In this document: positions 7,764-14,221 of the stretch, piece after piece | How the letters are laid out: every line of letters begins with the position of its first letter | How positions within the stretch are numbered: the first letter of the stretch is position 1 | Virus record (IMG/VR): IMGVR_UViG_3300043772_000843 | DNA from: an uncultured virus (IMG/VR IMGVR_UViG_3300043772_000843) | Lineage: Duplodnaviria > Heunggongvirae > Uroviricota > Caudoviricetes | DNA: 20,000 bases | Direction: 5' to 3' (one strand) | Position numbers and translations under genes: made by a program | Notes under the pieces: generated by a model | Database searches by the model: none | Told to the model about the DNA's origin: nothing | The model's input: only the letters and a program-made list of their open reading frames with translations

Positions 7764-8476
7764 CAGACGTACCTTGCCTTCTTGCCGCGAGTCTCGCACC
7801 CGCCACCCTTGGTCATGCCGCCCTTCTTGAAGCCCATCTCGGCACCGCGCTCCATGACGTCACGGGCGTAGTCTTCCGTGGCTTTGCGGCCCTCGCGCAT
7901 CTGCGCCTGACGCTTGATGATTTCGTCACGGGGCTTCGGTGCCCGAGTCGGTTGGGGAGGCGTCGTCTTGGATGGCTCACGGGTATACCCCGTGTCCTTC
8001 GACGCCTGCCGAGCCTGCGGGCGCGAGAACGCCGCAGCGGCGTCGTCCAGCTTGGTAGTCACCGGACGTCCAACACGCGATTCAACACGAGGAGCCGCCT
8101 TCGACGCTGCGCTCTTGGCTGCGCCCGCCAGCTTGGAGGCTGCACCTACCCCAGGCATTGCGCCCAGCGCGGCCAAAGTACGACCCTTGGCACGTTCACG
8201 TTCTTCCTCGTTGCTCGCCACGCGCTCACCACGTGCTGCACGATCCTTCATTCGCTCCAGCATAGGAGTAGGGTCCGGCATAGACTTGCGGCGTGGTCCC
8301 GCAGGGGCGGCAGACGCCGGAGCCTTGCCCGTCTTGTCCGCGTTCAACAGATCCCGCAGAGTCTTGTCTGCGCCGTACTTGCGCTTGAAGTCCGCAAGTT
8401 CCTCGCGGCTGACCTTGGCACGCCCTTGGGCGTCTTCGCCACGGTCTTTGACCGGGCCGGTGTAGGTGGTACGCAT
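7763..8476 (-). CDS. Basic low-complexity hypothetical protein (possible internal/cargo virion protein)
   Basis: 237 aa, Ala/Arg/Lys-rich, GAGGT RBS, ends FKKGGMTKGGGCETRGKKARYV. Confidence 0.75.
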   Translation of the reverse strand: MRTTYTGPVKDRGEDAQGRAKVSREELADFKRKYGADKTLRDLLNADKTGKAPASAAPAGPRRKSMPDPTPMLERMKDRAARGERVASNEEERERAKGRTLAALGAMPGVGAASKLAGAAKSAASKAAPRVESRVGRPVTTKLDDAAAAFSRPQARQASKDTGYTREPSKTTPPQPTRAPKPRDEIIKRQAQMREGRKATEDYARDVMERGAEMGFKKGGMTKGGGCETRGKKARYV

Positions 8477-8483
8477 CTCTACC

Positions 8484-8615
8484 TCACTTGCAGCTACCGC
8501 CGCCCATCATCTTCTTGGGTTTGGCTTTGCCGTCCTTCTTCATGAAGAACGGAAGTTCCTTCTTGCCTTTCGCCTTGGGGGGCATCTTGGCGGACATCGG
8601 GGGCTTCTTCATCAT
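8484..8615 (-). CDS. Very small Lys/Met/Pro-rich protein (43 aa), not in ORF track
   Basis: MMKKPPMSAKMPPKAKGKKELPFFMKKDGKAKPKKMMGGGSCK*. Fills the gap between neighbours exactly; AAGGT upstream. Confidence 0.72.
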   Translation of the reverse strand: MMKKPPMSAKMPPKAKGKKELPFFMKKDGKAKPKKMMGGGSCK

Positions 8616-8616
8616 C

Positions 8617-8814
8617 TCACACCTTCCTTCCTCTGGTAGGGCCCTTGGTTATGCAACCGTCGGCCCGAGTCACACCGCCGTTGGTGTACTTCTTGGGAGC
8701 AGGTTTGCGCTTGCTGGGCGGGGGTGGCGCAGGGGGCTGCGGTGGGGTCGGCTTGCCGTCCTTGTAGTCCGGGTCAGGGACCATCTGCCATCCAGATCCG
8801 CTTTTCGTTGCCAT
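8617..8814 (-). CDS. Small Pro/Lys-rich hypothetical protein (65 aa)
   Basis: GGAG RBS; ends KKYTNGGVTRADGCITKGPTRGRKV. Confidence 0.75.
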   Translation of the reverse strand: MATKSGSGWQMVPDPDYKDGKPTPPQPPAPPPPSKRKPAPKKYTNGGVTRADGCITKGPTRGRKV

Positions 8815-8832
8815 CTTGAACTCCAGTGAGGG

Positions 8833-9078
8833 TCAGCCCGGGTTGGGGCGGTTCTTGAGATTGTCGATCTTGACTTCGAGCCTGTCAAAGCGTTCGAGCA
8901 ACTCTTTCATGTCCTGACGAAACTCTGCGCGGGTGAGATGGTCCCGGGCAACTTCCTCGCGTGTCCTGTTCAACAGGATGCTCAAGCGGTCAAGTTCACG
9001 GAACTTAGCGGCCATGAAGAACGCCACCACGCCCAATAGCACCGTCAGGAGGGTGTTCCATAGGAGCGTCGCATCCAT
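8833..9078 (-). CDS. Small membrane-anchored coiled-coil protein
   Basis: MDATLLWNTLLTVLLGVVAFFMAAK is one transmembrane helix, followed by heptad-like ERFDRLEVKIDNL. ATG lies 1 nt after the upstream stop. Confidence 0.72.
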   Translation of the reverse strand: MDATLLWNTLLTVLLGVVAFFMAAKFRELDRLSILLNRTREEVARDHLTRAEFRQDMKELLERFDRLEVKIDNLKNRPNPG

Positions 9079-9079
9079 T

Positions 9080-9334
9080 TCAGCACTTCCATGCACGCAA
9101 GGATTTGTTGATACGGGAGTTTGGGTCTTTTGCCGTTTTGGAGCTTGTCAGCTTCGCCTTCATGCCTTTCATCCGGGCACAAAAGGAGTCACGACGAGGC
9201 CCGCCTTCAGGCTGCGGGGCCTTCAACCCCGGCTTGCCCGGGTTGGCTGCGTTGTAGCTGGCGCGGCCTTTGGCGTTGAGACCCCCGGCTTCAGACTTGC
9301 CTTCCTTACGCGTCCACGCAGGTGTCTTAGCCAT
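9080..9334 (-). CDS. Small basic phage protein (possibly DUF6321-like)
   Basis: MAKTPAWTRKEGKSEAGGLNAKGRASYN...RRDSFCARMKG...DPNSRINKSLRAWKC. Family name recalled, not verified. Confidence 0.8.
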   Translation of the reverse strand: MAKTPAWTRKEGKSEAGGLNAKGRASYNAANPGKPGLKAPQPEGGPRRDSFCARMKGMKAKLTSSKTAKDPNSRINKSLRAWKC

Positions 9335-9608
9335 AGAAAATGGTGACTTTGGCCGCAGTAGGCAGCGTCACATAAACGCCGTTTTCAAACAGAATCCCCT
9401 CTCCGGGGATCAAGTTGGCAAAGGGGTTGTTGGTGTTTGCGGGGACATTGAAGCGCAAACGCTCAAGCCCCGTAGCGGTGCCATCGGTGAAGATGATGTC
9501 ACCGGCTGTACCACCAGAAAGGCACTGGTAGCCTTTCAGCCGCACCCGCCCCGAAACAAGGGAGCCCGTAGCTTCTAGGTGCGCTGATTTGACGTCAGTC
9601 TGCATCAT
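9327..9608 (-). CDS. Small putative virion structural protein
   Basis: MMQTDVKSAHL...GRVRLKG...IPGEGILFENGVYV...VTIFYG. GGAG at 9615-9618 favours the ATG at 9608/9605. Confidence 0.78.
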   Translation of the reverse strand: MMQTDVKSAHLEATGSLVSGRVRLKGYQCLSGGTAGDIIFTDGTATGLERLRFNVPANTNNPFANLIPGEGILFENGVYVTLPTAAKVTIFYG

Positions 9609-9627
9609 GGTGAACTCCAATAGGAGA

Positions 9628-9645
9628 ACGCCCCCGGAGGGGCGT
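9628..9645 (-). other. Intergenic RNA hairpin with UNCG tetraloop
   Basis: mRNA ACGCCCC-UCCG-GGGGCGU with no good U-tract, so a stability or pause hairpin rather than a clear terminator. Confidence 0.5.
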
Positions 9646-9650
9646 CAACG

Positions 9651-10151
9651 TCAGTCTTGGAAGGCGGTCGGGTTCACTGAACCATCAGGCTGACGCTGGA
9701 CGTAGCTCACCGTGACGACAATCTGTCCCGACGTGGCGTTGCCCGTCGTCGCCGTGAACGTGGCTTGAAGCATGACATCAGAGGTGCCGATGTTGTCGCA
9801 GTCGTCCACTTGAAGCCCCGCGTCGACCGTAGCCTGAGCCGCACGGCCCTTGGTCGTTGCCAGATTCACCGACTCCAGATACTGGTTGTCGTCCGACGCA
9901 TTGCCCACAATCATCGCAACCTGCGAGATGGAGTTGCCCGCCAGCGCCACGGTCTTGTCGGCGATGATCGAGACGATCTTCGACCCCGCAGGCAGCGTGA
10001 ACAAATTCTGAGCCGGAGCCGCAGAAGTCAACGCCACACCCGACATGTTGATGGTAGCGGACTGCGTAAGCAGCACCAGACCCGTATTGCGGCCAGGGTT
10101 GTAGCGCTGGGTGCCCGAGCGGAGCGGGCCGGAGAAGGTTGAGAAGCTCAT
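9651..10151 (-). CDS. Putative virion structural (head fibre/decoration-like) protein
   Basis: 166 aa, MSFSTFSGPLRSGT...LFTLPAGSKI, beta-rich; first gene after the major capsid terminator; GAGG RBS. Confidence 0.75.
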   Translation of the reverse strand: MSFSTFSGPLRSGTQRYNPGRNTGLVLLTQSATINMSGVALTSAAPAQNLFTLPAGSKIVSIIADKTVALAGNSISQVAMIVGNASDDNQYLESVNLATTKGRAAQATVDAGLQVDDCDNIGTSDVMLQATFTATTGNATSGQIVVTVSYVQRQPDGSVNPTAFQD

Positions 10152-10240
10152 GGCTTTTCCTCAGTTGTGCCTACCGTCGTGAGGGGCGTCTGCCGGGACA
10201 GTCGATAGGCCGGTCATGGTGCCCGGGGGCCCTTGCGGGC
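10152..10240 (-). ncRNA. Putative cis-regulatory structured RNA leader (double pseudoknot)
   Basis: Five mutually compatible pairings in about 90 nt, one of which covers the RBS; see findings. Confidence 0.6.
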
Positions 10241-10248
10241 GTAGCCCG

Positions 10249-10257
10249 AGCCTAGCA
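10249..10257 (-). promoter_or_regulatory. Possible extended -10 promoter (TGcTAGGCT)
   Basis: TG-n-TAnnnT directly after the major capsid terminator and directly before the structured leader; poor -35. Confidence 0.4.
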
Positions 10258-10267
10258 CACTTGGCCC

Positions 10268-10295
10268 AAAAAGAAAAGGCCCCCGAAGGGGCCTT
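10268..10295 (-). terminator. Intrinsic terminator after the major capsid gene
   Basis: mRNA AAGGCCCC-UUCG-GGGGCCUU followed by UUCUUUUU. Confidence 0.9.
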
Positions 10296-10313
10296 GGATC
10301 ACGCCGGAGCCGC

Positions 10314-11225
10314 TCAGCTCGCGCCGGGGGAGCCGTACACGCCCAGCGGGTCAGACCAGCCGAACGAGTAACGCTCGCGGGCCTTGTAGCGGTTGTTCCC
10401 CGTGTCGAAGTCAGCGTCCATCGAGGTGGACATCGGGACGCGCACGAAGTGCTTCAGGCCGTTCGGAACGTCAGTGGTCAGGAACCACGCGTTCGGGTCG
10501 GTCAAGAAGTGGTTGACGGTGTACCCTTCCGGGATCGAGCCGTTGTTCTTCAGCGCGTTGATGTCGTTGTCGGTGGTGCCGACGCGGAGGTTGGTCTCCA
10601 GCAGGCGGGTTGCGACGAACATCAGGGCCGGGGGGATGATCAGCTTCCGGGGCTTGGCAGCGATCAAGAGGCCCTTCTCATCCGTCCACGCAGCGATCTG
10701 GATCACTGCGTTCTCCAACGCGGTCTCGTTCAGGTCCGTAGCCACCGAAGGACGGTTGCTGTTGGTACCCCCGGAGACCAGCGGGTGGGCAGTGCTGAAC
10801 AGCGAGACACCATCACCGCCCGGGAAGGCAGCGTTGAAGCCGTTGTTCAGGATGTTCGCGGCCTTGACCTGCTTGCTGTAGGCCATAGCCCGAGCCAGCG
10901 ACTTGGTGTAGCGCGTGCTCAGACTGTCGTACAGGTTGTCTTCCATCGCCTCTTCGGTGATGGAGAAGCCCATAGCGATGGTCTCGTGGTTGTAACGAGC
11001 GGTCCAGGCTTCCTGCGCGTTGTCATACGCAATGGCCTGACCTTCGTACTTCACCGGAGCGGCAGAGAAACCAGCGAGCTTGGTCTCCTCTTCGAACGAG
11101 CGGTCGGAGGTCTCCGTTTCGTAGATCTCCTTGTGCTCCTCGGCGTAGCGCTTGTACTCCATGCCGAACAAGGCGTTCAGGCCGGGGAGAAGCTCCTTGA
11201 GGAGCTGTGCACGAGAAATTGCCAT
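10314..11225 (-). CDS. Major capsid protein (HK97 fold inferred; Mu gpT-like)
   Basis: 303 aa: MAISRAQLLKELLPGLNALFG, KQVKAANILNNGF, GDGVSLFSTAHPL, KPRKLIIPPAL, ARERYSFGWSDPLG. GAGGAG RBS, strong codon bias, followed by a terminator. Confidence 0.9.
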   Translation of the reverse strand: MAISRAQLLKELLPGLNALFGMEYKRYAEEHKEIYETETSDRSFEEETKLAGFSAAPVKYEGQAIAYDNAQEAWTARYNHETIAMGFSITEEAMEDNLYDSLSTRYTKSLARAMAYSKQVKAANILNNGFNAAFPGGDGVSLFSTAHPLVSGGTNSNRPSVATDLNETALENAVIQIAAWTDEKGLLIAAKPRKLIIPPALMFVATRLLETNLRVGTTDNDINALKNNGSIPEGYTVNHFLTDPNAWFLTTDVPNGLKHFVRVPMSTSMDADFDTGNNRYKARERYSFGWSDPLGVYGSPGAS

Positions 11226-11237
11226 GATTCAGACTCC

Positions 11238-12164
11238 TCAGACGCCAGCGGCGAGCAAGTACGAGTGGTAACCGAAGTTCCAGCCGACGATGACTTCGGG
11301 GTAGCCGATGAAGCTAACCGAGGTGCCGCTGGAGGCCGTGACGCTGGCGCTGACCGTGATGGTGTTGGTGCTGGTGACCACACCCGTGACCGTCAGGTTG
11401 CTGCCCGGAGAGCCCGCCGTGGTGCCGCTGATGCCGTCGATGACGCACTGCATGCCCGGGACGATGCCCGTGGTCGACGGAACCGTGAAGGTCGTCGCGC
11501 CCGAGGGAGACGAGGACAGCGCAGTAGCCACCGTGACGGCGGTGTCAGGCACCAGTTGGATCACGCGCAGGCAGGGCGAAGTGCCCGCACCGGTGCCGAC
11601 CGTCTGGCGGATGTTGCCAGCCACCGACGAAGCCACCGTGGGGTTGCCGCCCGAAACACCAGCCAGCGAGTTGCCAGTTGCCGTCGAGCCGCCGTTGCCA
11701 GCGATCAGGAAGGCGTTGGTGCCAAGGAACGACGGCGACATGTAGCCGATGGTCGTGCCGGTGTTCAGTTGGGTGTTGGCGCTGCCTTGCGGTTGCGCGA
11801 TCACTGCTGCCTTGAACAGGGCGTTCGGGTCGTCCAGCACGTAGGCCACCGCGTTGGGGGCGTTGGTGCTTGCCGGGTAGTACTGCTGACGCAGCTTACC
11901 GTAGATCGGGCCCGACCCGGTGCTGTATTCGCAGCCCAGAAAGACGCCGACAATGTCACCAGCCGCAGCGGCGGACTGCGTGTCCGCGTTGTAGGGGGTG
12001 ATGATGCTGTTGCCGTTGGATAGACCAACCACATCCCCGTTGAAGATGTTGGTGGCGTAGCCTTGGCCGATGGGGATCATCCGAGTCGAACCTGCAAACG
12101 GAATACCGCCCTTCAGGTTGATCGGCGCAAGCCCGTAGGGCTTGTCAATCGTGGGGAAAGCCAT
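11238..12164 (-). CDS. Putative capsid decoration/cement protein
   Basis: KPYGLAPIN, NIFNGDVV, GVFLGCEY, AYVLDDPNALF; immediately upstream of the major capsid gene; AGGAG RBS. Confidence 0.68.
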   Translation of the reverse strand: MAFPTIDKPYGLAPINLKGGIPFAGSTRMIPIGQGYATNIFNGDVVGLSNGNSIITPYNADTQSAAAAGDIVGVFLGCEYSTGSGPIYGKLRQQYYPASTNAPNAVAYVLDDPNALFKAAVIAQPQGSANTQLNTGTTIGYMSPSFLGTNAFLIAGNGGSTATGNSLAGVSGGNPTVASSVAGNIRQTVGTGAGTSPCLRVIQLVPDTAVTVATALSSSPSGATTFTVPSTTGIVPGMQCVIDGISGTTAGSPGSNLTVTGVVTSTNTITVSASVTASSGTSVSFIGYPEVIVGWNFGYHSYLLAAGV

Positions 12165-12176
12165 TTATGACTCCTA

Positions 12177-12620
12177 TCAGGAACCGTTACCGAACGACCC
12201 ACGCGACGAGCTGCTTTTCTGTTCAGCAAACAACGGCATGCGAGGGTCACTTTGACTTGTGAACTTGGAATTCACGGAATGCGACTGGCTGTTGGTCATG
12301 TCCGCGTAGTGGGTAACGCGCTGACTCAACATATCGTCGGGCATCTTGCAGAGCATCAGACCGCCGATCTCGATGTTCCCCGTCTTGGTGTTGGCCTCGA
12401 AAGCCAACTCAGGGTGATCTTCTGCCTTGACGGGCTCATAACCCTCACGCAGTCGTTGCGACACATTCGTGGGGTTCGCTTCCCCCAGCAGATGCGTCAT
12501 CACCCACCGAAAACCCACACCGGGCTCCGGGGTCGGATCAGGGAGCGTAGAAGCGGGACGCCAGCGACGCTGCGTCTTCTCGCGAGTCGCGAGTTCTCGG
12601 GGCGTGCGGGTCTCAGCCAT
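12177..12620 (-). CDS. Hypothetical head-module protein
   Basis: MAETRTPRE...WRPASTLPDP..FRWV...RLREGYEPV...IGGLMLCKMP. ATG at 12620 with GGAG, overlapping the scaffold stop. Confidence 0.78.
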   Translation of the reverse strand: MAETRTPRELATREKTQRRWRPASTLPDPTPEPGVGFRWVMTHLLGEANPTNVSQRLREGYEPVKAEDHPELAFEANTKTGNIEIGGLMLCKMPDDMLSQRVTHYADMTNSQSHSVNSKFTSQSDPRMPLFAEQKSSSSRGSFGNGS

Positions 12621-13563
12621 TCTGCTGCTCCAGTTTTGCCACGTTGCGGGCATACTCTTCCAAGGGGACGCCGAGGCGTCGGGCGATTGCTACCTGCGAT
12701 TGCGTCAGCTTGATCTTCTTCGCTGACGTAGCTCTTTGCGTCGGTGCTACGACGGTAGGCGGCCTGCGGGCCGGTTCGGACTTGGGAGTCTCGAACTTGT
12801 CGGGGAAGACTTGGCGTAGCCGAGAGTCGATGGTATCGAAGTACTCTTTCGACCCCGGGTTGTACCCGGATCTGACGAGCTTGTTGTGCACGCCCATCGC
12901 GAGACTCGTCATCTCTTCGTCTTCACCGAACCACGAGTTACGCTGTTTCCAAGCCTCTGTGGCTGGATCGAGTTGAGTAACCGGTGCTTGTTGCGAGGGC
13001 TGTTGAGGAGCAACGTTACCACGTTGTTCTTCAGATTGCAAGGGGGCAGGCTTGAGTGCTTTGGCACGCTGCTGCATGAACACCGCTTCGTTCAGCTTGG
13101 CCTGTGCCTCAACAAACGCCTCGGTATCTCCAGCCTCGTGTGCGGCTTTCAGCGCACTCTTGGCCTTTTCGACTTCGACTTCCGCGAGTCGCTGCGCTTG
13201 AGAGACGAACGCACCGGTACCCTTGTCGATCTGTCCCTTGAGCTTCTTGTTCTCCTCGAACAGTATCTGAGCGGCACGGATGGCCTCTTGGTTCTGCCGC
13301 TCCAGCGCCTCTTTGGCGCGGCGCTCATCGTGACGAGCGTGCGTCAGCTCCTTGATCCGACTGCGAACCTTCTCGCCATACTGCGCCAGTTCGTCGTCCG
13401 TGGGCTCTTCCACGGGCTTTTCCAAGGGTTTGCGGCCCCTGTCCTGGTCGGGGGTGTCATCGACAACCTCGATCTCGGCGTCGTTTTCAACCTCGAACTC
13501 CACCTTATCGGTGGCTTTGTCGTCCTTGGTCTCGATCTCGTCGGGAAATTTGAACTCAGCCAT
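12613..13563 (-). CDS. Putative capsid scaffolding protein
   Basis: Acidic N-terminus, long coiled coil, WKQRNSWFG, and C-terminal LTQSQVAIARRLGVPLEEYA; lies between portal and major capsid; AAGGAG RBS. Confidence 0.72.
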   Translation of the reverse strand: MAEFKFPDEIETKDDKATDKVEFEVENDAEIEVVDDTPDQDRGRKPLEKPVEEPTDDELAQYGEKVRSRIKELTHARHDERRAKEALERQNQEAIRAAQILFEENKKLKGQIDKGTGAFVSQAQRLAEVEVEKAKSALKAAHEAGDTEAFVEAQAKLNEAVFMQQRAKALKPAPLQSEEQRGNVAPQQPSQQAPVTQLDPATEAWKQRNSWFGEDEEMTSLAMGVHNKLVRSGYNPGSKEYFDTIDSRLRQVFPDKFETPKSEPARRPPTVVAPTQRATSAKKIKLTQSQVAIARRLGVPLEEYARNVAKLEQQNG

Positions 13564-13572
13564 TGGTGCTCC

Positions 13573-13944
13573 TTAAGCGCGAGTGATACCACGGGGGTCT
13601 TGCACCACGGCTTCCACCTGATCGTCATTGATCAGACGGAACTCACGACCGTGGATCTTGAACCGCGTACCCGCGTAGGCGCGGGTGATGACGAAGTCAC
13701 CCTCCTTGCACCACGGCCCGCTTGGGAACTTGTCCATGTCGGCGTAGGCTTGGGGTCCAGCCTTGAGCACGAACAGCACCACAGTGCTGTGCTCTTCGAC
13801 GCGAAGCGTGGTGTCCGCCTTCAGGATGCCACTCTCGTACTTGTCCTCCACTTCCGGGAGGGCGCACAGCAGCTTGTATCCCGAGGGTTCAGGCAGTTGG
13901 CGGGCCTTTTCGGTGTCGGAGATGTCGTTGATATCGTCACTCAT
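13573..13944 (-). CDS. groES: Phage-encoded co-chaperonin GroES (Cpn10)-like protein
   Basis: LPEPSGYKLL, mobile-loop-like KYESGILKADT, VLKAGP, CKEGDFV, YAGTRFKIHGREFRLINDDQVEAVV match the Cpn10 pattern. Confidence 0.87.
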   Translation of the reverse strand: MSDDINDISDTEKARQLPEPSGYKLLCALPEVEDKYESGILKADTTLRVEEHSTVVLFVLKAGPQAYADMDKFPSGPWCKEGDFVITRAYAGTRFKIHGREFRLINDDQVEAVVQDPRGITRA

Positions 13945-14020
13945 GGTTCACTCTCGCGGGCAGGTTGGCACCGTGGCTTGCCCGAGCACCACGGCGGGGG
14001 TCCGGGCCAGCGGCCCGGGG
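13945..14020 (-). promoter_or_regulatory. Structured leader of groES (hairpin plus H-type pseudoknot)
   Basis: 8-bp stem GCCGUGGU/GCCACGGU whose loop CGGGCA pairs with downstream UGCCCG; upstream hairpin CCGGGCC-GCU-GGCCCGG. Confidence 0.5.
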
Positions 14021-14023
14021 GGA

Positions 14024-14218
14024 TCAGTTGTCGTTGCGCTTCAGCGCCTCGACCATGTCGAGGAGTTCACGCTCGGCCAGAGCCAAACCGTGGATCACGC
14101 CGCAGGCGTAACGGTACTCACCGAAGTCCTTGGCGGAACCTCCGGCGATGTTGTCAGTGAGACCGTTGAGTTGGGTTCTGATCTTGGTGCGCAGCACCAT
14201 CAGGATCTTCTCGTCCAT
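14024..14218 (-). CDS. Small hypothetical protein between portal and GroES
   Basis: 64 aa, helical, GSAKDFGEYRYACGVIHGL; starts 3 nt after the portal stop. Confidence 0.78.
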   Translation of the reverse strand: MDEKILMVLRTKIRTQLNGLTDNIAGGSAKDFGEYRYACGVIHGLALAERELLDMVEALKRNDN

Positions 14219-14221
14219 GTT

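Noticed and set aside
10152..10240. HDV-like (theta) ribozyme
   Set aside because: Strand order differs from HDV topology (the partner of the first strand lies inside the inner loop), and no tRNA is adjacent.
10449..12023. 524-aa plus-strand ORF, and similar ones at 12886..14160, 14384..15499, 16115..17008 and 18138..18905
   Set aside because: Antisense shadows of GC-biased minus-strand genes; no RBS or motifs, and composition typical of reverse-frame reads.
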